Shown here one piece after another: positions 17,911 to 27,021 of a stretch of 35,367 nucleotides of DNA (position 1 is its first letter; each line of letters begins with the position of its first letter). The notes under the pieces were generated by a model that had not been told where the DNA came from, did no database searches, and saw only the letters and a list, made by a program, of their open reading frames with translations. The translations under genes were made by a program, and so were the position numbers. The DNA comes from Archangium sp. (lineage in GTDB: Bacteria; Myxococcota; Myxococcia; Myxococcales; Myxococcaceae), in NCBI GenBank assembly GCA_031367385.1, contig JANLPS010000147.1, positions 1 to 35,367 on the forward strand, written 5' to 3'.

Positions 17911-19752
17911 TCATTCTGTCACCTCGGCACGAGGCGCGGAGATCATCGCCTCGAGCTGCCCGGAGAGGCCCAGGTGGTCGGCCGCGCTCTGGAGAAGGAG
18001 CCGCTCTTTGCGGTCGATTCGCCCATCGATCAAGGCCATCGCAATCAGCTCCTGCAAGAAACTCTCGGCCTCACCACTGCCCCTGACGATGAGCCGATCG
18101 AACAGGGCCGGGCCCGCCGTCAAGGCGAGCTCGACGTTCGCGAACGGCACGTTCCACCGTTCGGCACACAGTCGCAGCAGCTTCTTCTCTTTCGCGTCAA
18201 CCACTCCGTCTGCCGCCGCCATCGCAGCCATCAAGTAGAGCAACCGCTGGCGCTCCTCCTGATCGACCCGTCTGGGAGCCGCCTCGACCCGGTTCATTTG
18301 CCGCGCTTGGTGCCCCCATGACTCCCACGAGGCGATTTCTCGAATCACCCAATCGCGCTCGCCAGTCGCGAGCATCGTGCCGCAGAACTCGCACGACACC
18401 GACGCGTTGTCTGACAGGGGCGCTCCGCAATTGGGGCAGCGCGAGGTCGAGAGCCCGTTTGCCTTCACGGTCTGGGCCCCGCTCTTGCGATGCAACGTGA
18501 ACACCGAACGCTGGGGCATCGGGGGCAGGGTGCCCGGCTTCTGCGCGTTCACGACGGTGCCGCTGCGAGCGCTCCACCGAACCTCGAGGTGGGCGAGATC
18601 TCGGTCTGCGCTCTGCGACAACGCGAGGGTATTGACCGCGCCGACCGTGCACTCGAGAAACACCTTGTGCTTGCCCTGCGCGGCGAGCGCGTCGAGCTCG
18701 GTTTTGACCCGTGCCGTCACCTCGGGGTCGGCGATCTTCGACAACTTCGCTGCCTCGCCCGTTGCCTGCGCGTCGACCCACTTCCAGAAACACAGCGAGG
18801 CCCGGTCTTCGAGCGCCTCGGTGTTCAATTCGGGGTCACGCCGCCGTGAATCGGCCAGGCCAGTCACTTCGGCCCCCTCGGAGCCCCGGTACTCGCTGCC
18901 CTGCGTCATCTCAGCCAAGACCCAGTCGTAATTGCCCGAGTTGACGATGGCCTTACAGAACTCGCACTGATTCGAGGCACCCCCATTGAAGGGAGCGCCG
19001 CAATTGGGGCACCCGCCCTGGCTGTCTTTGGTGACCGCTCCGGGCTTTCGAACGAAGCTCCACACCTCGGTGAAGGGCTCGAGCGGCTTCTGCTTGGCCA
19101 GGCCACGCGCCTGCTCGTCGCTCATCGAGCTCGCCGCGTCGTCGTCGCGGGCCTGCGCGTTGACCCGCAGATGCACGGTATCGAAGAAGGGAGACTGCTC
19201 GAGGCCGATGATCTTCAGGTCGATCACCTGCGTGTCGGCGATCGCATCGCGCACACCTTGCAGGTCGAGCAACTTGAGCTGAATTGAAAGCCTGGTGAAC
19301 GTCGCGTCTGACAGGTACCGGCGCACCGGTTCGAGGTTGCGCGTGAACCATGACTCCTGAACCTCGAGAAACAGCTTTCGGGTGCGGTCGAGAAAGGCGA
19401 TCAAATCGAACTGCGGGTCTTGCTTCTTCAGCGCGCCGACCCAGCGATCGACATCGCGCGACGCGACCGTCGTCTGGCGTCGCATTTCGGCTTCATCGAG
19501 CGCCTGCCGGGTCGTGTCAGAGCCCTCGCGGCGCCGAATCACGAAGAAGATGATCACCACCACGACCACGAGGGGTATGCCGACGGCCGGGTAGCGAAAG
19601 ACCAGCTGAAACAGCACCTGAAAAATCAGCTCGCCGATGCCGCTGTCGCCGCCGGAGTCACTGCTTCGACCGGAGTCGTAGTGTTCTCCGCCGCCGACTC
19701 GAGCCAAGGCTGCGGTCGCGGTGACGAGCAAGGCCAGGGCGAGCGTTCGCAC
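17911..19752 (-). CDS. Membrane protein with two Tim44-like + zinc-ribbon modules and a C-terminal TerB-like domain
   Basis: Signal peptide (ATAALA-RVGGG), Gly/Ser linker and TM helices. DPQFD..FL..(Tim44-like)..FTEVWSFVR. Two CPNCGAP-x9-CEFC ribbons each followed by DWV. MAAADGVVDAKEKKLL and MALIDGRIDRKERLLL (TerB-like). Confidence 0.8.
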   Translation of the reverse strand: MRTLALALLVTATAALARVGGGEHYDSGRSSDSGGDSGIGELIFQVLFQLVFRYPAVGIPLVVVVVIIFFVIRRREGSDTTRQALDEAEMRRQTTVASRDVDRWVGALKKQDPQFDLIAFLDRTRKLFLEVQESWFTRNLEPVRRYLSDATFTRLSIQLKLLDLQGVRDAIADTQVIDLKIIGLEQSPFFDTVHLRVNAQARDDDAASSMSDEQARGLAKQKPLEPFTEVWSFVRKPGAVTKDSQGGCPNCGAPFNGGASNQCEFCKAIVNSGNYDWVLAEMTQGSEYRGSEGAEVTGLADSRRRDPELNTEALEDRASLCFWKWVDAQATGEAAKLSKIADPEVTARVKTELDALAAQGKHKVFLECTVGAVNTLALSQSADRDLAHLEVRWSARSGTVVNAQKPGTLPPMPQRSVFTLHRKSGAQTVKANGLSTSRCPNCGAPLSDNASVSCEFCGTMLATGERDWVIREIASWESWGHQARQMNRVEAAPRRVDQEERQRLLYLMAAMAAADGVVDAKEKKLLRLCAERWNVPFANVELALTAGPALFDRLIVRGSGEAESFLQELIAMALIDGRIDRKERLLLQSAADHLGLSGQLEAMISAPRAEVTE

Positions 19753-19831
19753 GGCACCCTAAAGAGCATAACGAGCCGTGTCATCGCAACTGCGGTGACG
19801 CGCGTGGGCGCTGTTGGTACACGGGCGCCCC

Positions 19832-21364
19832 ATGTCGATGAATCAGAAGCTCTCGAAGCTCACCCAGGCCGCGATGCACGGCGGCGCTGACAAGTACCAC
19901 GCGAAGAACACTGAAATCGGCAAGCTGTTCGCCCGCGAGCGCATTCGGCTGCTCATCGACGAGGGCTCGTTCATCGAAGAGGGCAAGCTCGCCAACAACC
20001 TCGACCCCGAGCTGCCCAGCGACGGCGTGGTCACCGGCCTGGGTCGCATCGAAGGCCGCATCGTGGCGATCATGGCCAACGACTCGACCGTCAAGGCCGG
20101 CTCGTGGGGCGCTCGCACCGTCGAGAAAATTCTCCGCATTCAAGAGATCGCGGCCAAGCAGAAGTGCCCGTTGTTCTACCTGGTCGACTCCGCTGGGGCG
20201 CGCATCACCGACCAGGTCGACATGTTCCCCGGGCGAAGAGGGGCAGGGCGCATCTTCTTCAATGAAGTGCACCTGAGCGGCGTGGTACCCCAGGTCTGCG
20301 TGCTCTTCGGGCCCAGCGCCGCCGGCGGAGCGTACATCCCCGCGTTTTGCGACCTGGTGATCATGGTCGACGGCAATGCCTCGATGTACCTGGGGTCTCC
20401 GCGCATGGCCGAGATGGTCATCGGCGAGAAGGTCACGCTCGAAGAGATGGGCGGCGCCAAGATGCATTGCGGCGTCTCTGGCTGCGGTGATGTGCTCGCG
20501 AAGACCGAGCCCGAGGCCATCGCGCTGGCCCGAAAATACATTCAGTTGATGCCTTCGAACTTCGCGCAGAAGCCTCCGCGCAAGGCCGATTCGCTCACCC
20601 CCAAGGCGGGGGGCAAACCCGTCGACGAGATCATACCGGGCGACCAGAACAAGCCGTTCAACATGCACGAGCTCATCAATGAGCTCATCGACGAAGGCAG
20701 CTGGTTCGAGATCAAGAAGCTCTTCGCGCAAGAGATCGTCACCGGGCTCGGGCGCATCAACGGCCATGTCGTTGGCATCGTCGCGAATCAGCCGAAATAC
20801 AAAGGCGGCGTGCTCTTCGTCGACTCGGCTGACAAAGCCGCGCGGTTCATTTGGCTGTGCGATGCGTTCAACATTCCACTCCTCTACTTGTCTGACGTGC
20901 CGGGCTTCATGATCGGCACCAAGGTCGAGCGCGCGGGCATCATTCGAGCGGGCGCGAAGATGATCAGCGCCGTCTCTGAAGCGACCGTGCCCAAGATCTG
21001 CGTCGTCGTTCGCAAGGCCTACGGGGCCGGTTTGTACGCGATGAGCGGCCCCGGCTTCAGCCCCAACGTCACCATCGCCTTACCGGGAGCGATGATCGCC
21101 GTGATGGGCCCCGAGGCCGCGGTCAACGCCGTCTTCTTCAACAAGATTCAAGAGAAGCCCGAAGCCGAGCGCCCCGCGTACGTGCAGCAGCTGCGCGACG
21201 AGTACAAAGAAGACGTCGACATCTTCAAGCTGGCCAGCGAGCTCATCGTCGACGAAATCGTCGCGGGCGACGCCTTGCGCAAAGAGCTGGTCGCCAGGTT
21301 CGACCTCTACGTCGAAGGCCAGACTCTGCCGACCCAGCGCAAGCGCGGCGTCTTACCGGTGTAG
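19832..21364 (+). CDS. Acyl-CoA carboxylase carboxyltransferase (beta) subunit, MccB/LiuB/PccB-like
   Basis: GKLFARERI, DGVVTG, LVDSAGARI, SAAGGAY, GGAKMH, DVPGFMIG, VVRKAYGAG, VMGPEAAV. Start at ATG 19832 or 19838. Confidence 0.93.
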   Translation: MSMNQKLSKLTQAAMHGGADKYHAKNTEIGKLFARERIRLLIDEGSFIEEGKLANNLDPELPSDGVVTGLGRIEGRIVAIMANDSTVKAGSWGARTVEKILRIQEIAAKQKCPLFYLVDSAGARITDQVDMFPGRRGAGRIFFNEVHLSGVVPQVCVLFGPSAAGGAYIPAFCDLVIMVDGNASMYLGSPRMAEMVIGEKVTLEEMGGAKMHCGVSGCGDVLAKTEPEAIALARKYIQLMPSNFAQKPPRKADSLTPKAGGKPVDEIIPGDQNKPFNMHELINELIDEGSWFEIKKLFAQEIVTGLGRINGHVVGIVANQPKYKGGVLFVDSADKAARFIWLCDAFNIPLLYLSDVPGFMIGTKVERAGIIRAGAKMISAVSEATVPKICVVVRKAYGAGLYAMSGPGFSPNVTIALPGAMIAVMGPEAAVNAVFFNKIQEKPEAERPAYVQQLRDEYKEDVDIFKLASELIVDEIVAGDALRKELVARFDLYVEGQTLPTQRKRGVLPV

Positions 21365-21389
21365 CGCTCTCGACGGGGCTCGAACCCGC
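21362..21389 (-). other. tRNA 3'-end fragment (T-arm + 3' acceptor strand), att-site-like remnant
   Basis: The minus strand reads GCGGG-TTCGAGC-CCCGT-CGAGAGC-G-CTA: 5-bp T stem, canonical TTCRANY loop, 7-nt acceptor strand, G discriminator, CTA in place of CCA. No matching 5' half upstream. Confidence 0.65.
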
Positions 21390-21620
21390 ACCACACCGCT
21401 CAAGAAAACCTTTGGGAAAACGCGCTTCCCCAACGGAACGTTCGTCACACCCCGTCAGGTGCCTCTGCAACCCGTGTCTTCACCGCACACCCAGACGAGC
21501 CTGACCTGGTAGCACGGGCCTGTGTGCCCTTGTGGGGTCCCGATTCAGTCGTTTTTCGGTGCTCGTCCAATTTGAGCAACGAGAGCACGAGGCTGACGAT
21601 GCGCCGGCGCGCAACCTGAC

Positions 21621-22901
21621 TTAGGTACTCGCGGTGACCACGCGGTTTCGGCCCGCTGACTTGGCCTCGTAGAGCGCTGTATCGGCCCGCTTCAAGGTGT
21701 CGCCCAAAGTCTCACCCGTGCGCCACGAAGCAACGCCTGCGCTGATCGTGAGCGGTACGGTGCGGCCCCGGTCAGTCAGACCCAGGCTCGCGACCGCCGC
21801 CCGAATGCGCTCACCGACCATGTACGCATCATTCGCCCCCGTCTCGGGGAACACCACGGTCAGCTCTTCGCCGCCATAGCGACCGACGTGATCTTGTTTA
21901 CGCAGCGCCTGCCGAATCGTCGACGCCACGCGCCGCAGCGCCTCGTCACCGACCGCATGCCCGAACGTGTCGTTCACCTTTTTGAAATGGTCGAGATCGA
22001 GCATCGCGACGCTCAGTGGGTGCTTGTAGCGCGCGGCCCGTTCGAGCTCGGCCTCTGCGATCTCGAGAAGTCGCCTTCGATTCAGCGCCCCGGTCAGCGA
22101 ATCGGTGGTCGCGAGCTCTCTCAGCTTCTCTTCGAGCCGCTTCTGCTCACTGATGTCGCGGGTACCCGAGAGCACGCCGCGGTCGCCGATGAGGTGCACC
22201 AGGCGAACCGCCATGTCGCACCAGAACGGGTCTCCACCGGCGCGCCGGAGCTGCGCCTCGTACCCGTCGACGAGACCCTCGGTGCGCAGCCGCTCGAACA
22301 AGGTCTTTCGCTCTTCGTCGTTGACCCAAAAATCAGGGCTCTTGCCGACCACGTCTTGCTGATCGACGTTGAACAGCTTCGCCGCCTCGCTGTTCGCCGC
22401 CACGATCGTGTTGTCAGAGAGCTTGCTGAGCACCAGCGCCACCGGCGACGCGTCGAACAGCTGACGAAAATTCTCTTCGCTCTCGCGCAGCTGCGCCGTT
22501 CGCTCTTCGACCAGGCGATTGAGCCGCTCACGCTCTTCTTCACTGCGGCGCTCGCGCTCTTTGACCAGCCCGGCCAGCTCACTGATCGTGTTGTTCACCA
22601 GGTAGACCAGCACGTCGGTCGAGTCGCCCTTGTTGTCACGCTCGGCCTGCACGGTCAGATCACCCGCGGCCACTTTGAGCAAGGTGTCAGAGAGCACGTC
22701 GGTCATTCGCGCGAGCCGCTTCTGCTGGTCACGCGCCTCGAGCATGATGCGCTCGAGCTCTTCGGCGACCGAGTTGTAGAAGAAGGCCTGGGTGTCGAGC
22801 TCGTCGCGCTTGAGCGTGCGCTCCATGCGAAACGAGAAGTCGCCCTGACAGAACCGAACGAAGGCCTGTTCGAGCTGCGAAGTGATGCCCGAGCTGCTCA
22901 T
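21621..22901 (-). CDS. Soluble diguanylate cyclase (two HAMP-like, PAS, GGDEF)
   Basis: TDSLTGALNRR, LDLDHFKKVNDTFGHAVGD, RKQD I-site, RYGGEEL. PAS from ENFRQLFDASP to RDISEQKR. Two GD(F/L)-type HAMP-like repeats and no TM segment. Confidence 0.93.
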   Translation of the reverse strand: MSSSGITSQLEQAFVRFCQGDFSFRMERTLKRDELDTQAFFYNSVAEELERIMLEARDQQKRLARMTDVLSDTLLKVAAGDLTVQAERDNKGDSTDVLVYLVNNTISELAGLVKERERRSEEERERLNRLVEERTAQLRESEENFRQLFDASPVALVLSKLSDNTIVAANSEAAKLFNVDQQDVVGKSPDFWVNDEERKTLFERLRTEGLVDGYEAQLRRAGGDPFWCDMAVRLVHLIGDRGVLSGTRDISEQKRLEEKLRELATTDSLTGALNRRRLLEIAEAELERAARYKHPLSVAMLDLDHFKKVNDTFGHAVGDEALRRVASTIRQALRKQDHVGRYGGEELTVVFPETGANDAYMVGERIRAAVASLGLTDRGRTVPLTISAGVASWRTGETLGDTLKRADTALYEAKSAGRNRVVTAST

Positions 22902-23313
22902 GATTTACCGACCATGTGTCGCACCCACGCCACCGCCTCGTCGAAGGTGCCGAACATTTTGGTCGGTACTTTGGGAGGGCTCAGCCCAATGAAAATTGAC
23001 GCCACGGCACGCCCGAACGACGTGCCACCGACCAGGGCGTAGCACACTTGAAACGCCGGGTCGGGAGCGTCGCGATAGACCTGCCTCGCGCTGGCGTCTT
23101 GCTCTCCGATGTTGTCCATCATCACCACGATGCCTGCGCGGCGCTGGAGGGGGCGAAGGTGCTCGAGCTGAATGCGAATGCTGTCGGTGGCCGTGTCGTG
23201 ATTATCGCGGGAGCCATCGGTCGGCACCACCACCAGCACCTGCTGATCCATCTCGAAGAACTTCGCGTTGGCGAGGTGCCAATCTGCTTCCAACTCGTGG
23301 GTTCGAAGGGCAT
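22898..23313 (-). pseudogene. STAS/SEC14 (SpoIIAA-like) small protein, frameshifted near codon 14
   Basis: ATG 23313 gives MPFEPTSWKQIGTS, and the body ANAKFFEMDQQVLVVVP...KMFGTFDEAVAWV is in another frame. One base appears to be missing at ~23270 (acc tc gcc aac). ATGA overlap with the DGC. A sequencing error cannot be excluded. Confidence 0.7.
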
Positions 23314-23566
23314 TCAGCGGCTCACTTTCGGGGCATGCTCGCGCAGCCATTGCAGGCCGGAGTCGATTGAGTCGACGATGCGTGTTTGTACTTTGGGTTT
23401 GGTCAACCCGAAGAAAAAGCTCGCGATTGCCCTTGCGGGCCCCCGAGTCTTGCGAGGGGTGGGGGTAGACGACCATCAGATCAGGTGCGGCCATGAAGTA
23501 GCGGGTGTTGAGGGTCACCCCAATCGGCTGCCACCCCGCCGGCACGTCGAACGCTGAATCGACCAT
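23314..23566 (-). pseudogene. Second STAS/SEC14-like paralog with an internal deletion and frameshift
   Basis: N-terminus [37 protein letters not shown], then in another frame ARAIASFFFGLTKPKVQTRIVDSIDSGLQWLRE..SR*. The stop (23316-23314) abuts the next ATG. Roughly 55-60 central codons are missing relative to the neighbour. Confidence 0.7.
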
Positions 23567-23671
23567 CGCCCGAGGGTTTATGGGCAAACCCCCGCCTCGG
23601 TCTACACAACACGATGCGTTAGCGTTGCTGGCTACAAATCGGGCTCCAAAGTCGCTAGACCACCCAAGCCA

Positions 23672-24811
23672 ATGGAACTCGAGCTGCCCGAAGACGTCGT
23701 CGCATTGAGAACCACGATTCGCGACTTTTGCGAGAAGAACGTCAAAGACAAAGCCCGCGGGTGGGACCACAGCGAGCAATTTCCCTCCGACGTGGTGCGC
23801 GAGCTGGGGCACCTCGGGGTGCTCGGTATTCGCGTCGCGCCTGAGTTCGGTGGCGCAGGCATGGGCTCGCTGGCCGTCGCAATCGCGGTCGAAGAAGTCG
23901 CCAAGTATGACGGCTCGCTGGCCCTGACCGTGGCATCGCACAACGGCCTGGGCACTTCGCACATTCGGGTCTTCGGCAACGACGCGCAGCGCCAGACATA
24001 CCTGCCCAAGCTCGCCACCGGAGAGCTGCTCGGTGCCTGGGGTCTCACCGAGGCCGGCAGCGGCTCAGACGCCGCGGGCATGAAGACCACCGCCCGGCGC
24101 GAGGGCTCGAATTGGGTCATCAACGGCTCGAAGATGTTCATCACCCAGGGCACCGTCGGCGGCGTCTTCGTGGTGCTCGCCTCGACCGACCGCGAGAAGA
24201 AGCAGAAGGGCATCACCGCCTTCATTCTCGACAAGGGCATCAAGGGGTTCTCGCAGCGCGCGATTCACGGCAAGTTGGGCATGCGCAGCTCCGACACGGC
24301 CGAGCTTGTCTTCGAGAATGTGGTCGTGCCTGACACCGCGCGGCTGGGCGAGGTGAACAACGGGTTCATCGACACCATGCGCATTCTCGACGGCGGCCGA
24401 ATCACCATCGGGGCGCTCTCGCTGGGCCTGCACGATGCGGCGCTGTCGGCCTCGGTGCGCTACGCGAAAGATCGCAAGGCCTTCGGCGCTCCGATTGGAG
24501 AGTTTCAGGCCATTCGGTGGATGTTGGCCGACATGCAGACCGAGCTCGATGCCGCGCGCCTGCTGGTGTACCGCGCCGCCGCGAAGGCCGACGCCAATCA
24601 GCCGTACACGTCAGAAGCCTCGATGGCCAAGCTCTTCGCCTCGGAGGCGGCGACGCGCGCTTGCAACAAGGCGGTGCAGATTCACGGTGGGTACGGCTTC
24701 ACCCGCGAATTTCCCGTCGAGCGGTACCTGCGCGACGCCAAGCTGTGCGAAATCGGCGAAGGCACCAGCGAAATTCAGAGATCGATCATCGCCCGCGAAG
24801 CGATGCGCTAG
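23672..24811 (+). CDS. Acyl-CoA dehydrogenase (short/branched-chain, LiuA-like context)
   Basis: [62 protein letters not shown]. Confidence 0.95.
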   Translation: MELELPEDVVALRTTIRDFCEKNVKDKARGWDHSEQFPSDVVRELGHLGVLGIRVAPEFGGAGMGSLAVAIAVEEVAKYDGSLALTVASHNGLGTSHIRVFGNDAQRQTYLPKLATGELLGAWGLTEAGSGSDAAGMKTTARREGSNWVINGSKMFITQGTVGGVFVVLASTDREKKQKGITAFILDKGIKGFSQRAIHGKLGMRSSDTAELVFENVVVPDTARLGEVNNGFIDTMRILDGGRITIGALSLGLHDAALSASVRYAKDRKAFGAPIGEFQAIRWMLADMQTELDAARLLVYRAAAKADANQPYTSEASMAKLFASEAATRACNKAVQIHGGYGFTREFPVERYLRDAKLCEIGEGTSEIQRSIIAREAMR

Positions 24812-24824
24812 TCTGCCCCCCTGA

Positions 24825-25685
24825 ATGGATCGCGCCTTTCTCGAAGGTTTGGGCTTGTCCGTGCACGCCGCTGAGAACGGAGTGATCGGCGCTGAGCTCA
24901 GCCTGCTCGCCGCTCCGGCCTTCAACCCGCTGACCCGGCAGCCGATTGCCCAGGTCAGCTTCACATTGATGGGTGACCGGTTGATCTTCGTGGGCCCGGC
25001 CGAGCTGGTCGGGGCGCAGCCGATCAACCTCGCGTACCTGACCGCCGCGACGCGGCTCGAAGATTTGATAAGCCAAACCCTCACCTCGCACCTCTTTCAG
25101 CTCGAGCGGCGCAGCAATGAGCTCTCGGCGATCGGCATTTCTCCCAAGGTCGACCCCGGCACACTGCAGTTGTCGGCCGAGCTGCAGCGCGGGCCCTTTC
25201 GGTTCGGTTTGGGGGCCTCGCGCTCGGGGCAATTTCGCGTAACCCGCTGCGTGAAAGACGGCGTCGAGCTCACCGCGGCCGCGCCGACCCACTTCGAGCT
25301 GTCGGAGTTTCGCGACCGGGGCGCGTTGGAAGATTTTCTCTACGCGATGTTCAGCGATGTCGCGGCGACGGCCGAGGCACCCGCACGCAAGGTCGCCGAG
25401 CTGACCGAAGGCGCGTTGGCGGTGCTCGAGCTCTTTCGGGCCTTCGGTGACGGCTTGTTGCCCGCCCGCAGTGTGATCGAAATCGTCAGCGAGCTGCGAG
25501 TCAACGATCAGCGCTACCGCTTCGCTGCCGCGCGGGTGCAGGGGCGCACGTTTCGCGGGCTGCTGGCCGGCCCAACAGGCAAAGTGTGGGCTGAGCGCTT
25601 CGAGCTCGAAGACTTCGTCGGCATTCGGGTGTTGGTGGCACAGATTCTGTCGGTCCCCGTCGAAGAGGTCGAGGTGATTGGGTGA
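24825..25685 (+). CDS. Hypothetical protein (286 aa)
   Basis: Fills the gap between the dehydrogenase and rnc on the same strand, and its stop overlaps the rnc start (GTGATG). No recognisable motif. Confidence 0.75.
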   Translation: MDRAFLEGLGLSVHAAENGVIGAELSLLAAPAFNPLTRQPIAQVSFTLMGDRLIFVGPAELVGAQPINLAYLTAATRLEDLISQTLTSHLFQLERRSNELSAIGISPKVDPGTLQLSAELQRGPFRFGLGASRSGQFRVTRCVKDGVELTAAAPTHFELSEFRDRGALEDFLYAMFSDVAATAEAPARKVAELTEGALAVLELFRAFGDGLLPARSVIEIVSELRVNDQRYRFAAARVQGRTFRGLLAGPTGKVWAERFELEDFVGIRVLVAQILSVPVEEVEVIG

Positions 25686-26395
25686 TGCCGAACCACGATG
25701 ACCGCGTGAAGGCCCTCGAGGCCAAGGTTCAGACGATCTTCGCCGATAAGGCGCTGGCGCTCACCGCGCTCACCCACAAGAGCTACTGCAACGAGCACAA
25801 GACCGAGCCCTGCAACGACAACGAACGCCTCGAGTTTTTGGGCGACGCGGTGGTCGACATGGTCATCGGCCAGCGGCTGATGGAGCGTTTCCCCAAGGGC
25901 AACGAAGGCGAGCTGTCGAAGCTGCGCGCCTTGATCGTGAACGAAGAGGGCCTCTCACGGCTGGCCCGTCAGCTCGACATCGGCTCGTTGTTGCTGCTCG
26001 GGCGGGGTGAGGCGCAGACCGGTGGGGCCGAGAAGAGTTCGGTGCTGGCCGACGCGCTCGAGGCCATCTTGGGAGCGATGTACCTTTCGAACGGCATGGT
26101 CTCGGTGCTCGCCTTCGTCGACCGGGTGTTCGGTGAAGCCCTCGACGGCGTCGCCGAGGGGCGGCAGGGGCATGACTACAAGTCGCTGCTGCAAGAAGAC
26201 GCGCAGAGCCGGCTCAAGTCAGCGCCGCGGTACCGGGTGGTGCGTGAGCATGGGCCTGATCATGAGAAGATCTTCGAGGTCGAAGTGGTGATCGGCAGCG
26301 ATGTGTTTGCGCGCTCGAGTGGCAGATCGAAGAAAGAAGCCGAGCAGTCGGCGGCTCGCGAGACGCTGTCAATGCTGGCGAGCTCGCGACCCTAG
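25682..26395 (+). CDS. rnc: Ribonuclease III
   Basis: ALTHKS, NERLEFLGDAV signature, EGELSKLR, LADALEAILGA, dsRBD (DYKSLLQE..GPDHEKIF..GRSKKEAEQ). Start GTG 25682 or ATG 25685. Confidence 0.97.
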   Translation: MMPNHDDRVKALEAKVQTIFADKALALTALTHKSYCNEHKTEPCNDNERLEFLGDAVVDMVIGQRLMERFPKGNEGELSKLRALIVNEEGLSRLARQLDIGSLLLLGRGEAQTGGAEKSSVLADALEAILGAMYLSNGMVSVLAFVDRVFGEALDGVAEGRQGHDYKSLLQEDAQSRLKSAPRYRVVREHGPDHEKIFEVEVVIGSDVFARSSGRSKKEAEQSAARETLSMLASSRP

Positions 26396-27021
26396 CGCCG
26401 CCCAAAGCGCTTGCTGACCTCCTGAACCTCGAAGCCCGTGCTGGTCCCTCCGCGCGGCCGGGCCAGGAGCGCCTCCAGCTCGCGAACGAGGTCTCTCGCA
26501 TCGCCGAGGCCGAGCCGTTGAATGCGGCGGGTTGCATTGACCGCCCGGCGCCGCTCGCCGGCGCCAATGTCGAGCAAGAGACTCTCGAGGTCGGCCTGGT
26601 CTTGGAGCCGGTTCGCCAGCAGCTTCATCGCGACCAGGTGCCCGACGGTGACGACCGGCAAGGCCAGGGTGCGCCACTTTTCAACGGTTGCAGAACGAAC
26701 GATCTCGCGCTCGATGCCGCAGAATGAAATCAGTAAATCGATGATCGTCTTACTGCTCTCGTGTCGGAGCCGAACCGTTGCCAAGCGCTCGTCGTGCCTG
26801 GTGACCAATACAGCGCCGACGCGAAAGCCAGATTCCTGAAAAACATGAATCAAGTGTTCGGCGCGCAGGTCATCGAGCGCGATGGCGAAATCGACATCGA
26901 CGGTGGCGCGGGGTGTCGCCCGAAGCCCTAGCGCAATGCCGCCAATCAGCGCGAACGGCGTCTCTTCTTGGCGGAAGATGGCGATCGCCGCGGCAGTTGC
27001 TCGCTCGAGACGCGAGGCCAC
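26392..27021 (-). CDS. Nucleotidyltransferase toxin, MenT1 (Rv0078A)-like / AbiEii-like superfamily
   Basis: ALIGGIAL..PRATVDVD, RLATVRL, IDLL..CGIEREI, HLVAMKLLA, QDQADL, RDLVRE, collinear with M. tuberculosis MenT1 as I recall it. Start GTG 27021 preferred (alternative ATG 27072). Convergent CTAG overlap with rnc. Confidence 0.85.
   Translation of the reverse strand: MASRLERATAAAIAIFRQEETPFALIGGIALGLRATPRATVDVDFAIALDDLRAEHLIHVFQESGFRVGAVLVTRHDERLATVRLRHESSKTIIDLLISFCGIEREIVRSATVEKWRTLALPVVTVGHLVAMKLLANRLQDQADLESLLLDIGAGERRRAVNATRRIQRLGLGDARDLVRELEALLARPRGGTSTGFEVQEVSKRFGRR

Noticed and set aside
21362..21440. Complete tRNA gene on the minus strand
   Set aside because: Only the T-arm and 3' acceptor strand are present. 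The upstream sequence gives no pairing 5' acceptor strand, D-arm or anticodon arm.
23569..23630. c-di-GMP-I (GEMM) riboswitch (GGCAAACC...GGTCTA) beside the DGC cassette
   Set aside because: It lacks the GAAA tetraloop stem and the CGCAAA junction. It is better explained as a CCGAGG/CCTCGG hairpin within divergent promoters.
23567..23962. N-terminal part of the called 354-aa ORF 22898..23962
   Set aside because: It is antisense to the acyl-CoA dehydrogenase and the promoter region. Homology-like sequence starts only at ATG 23566.
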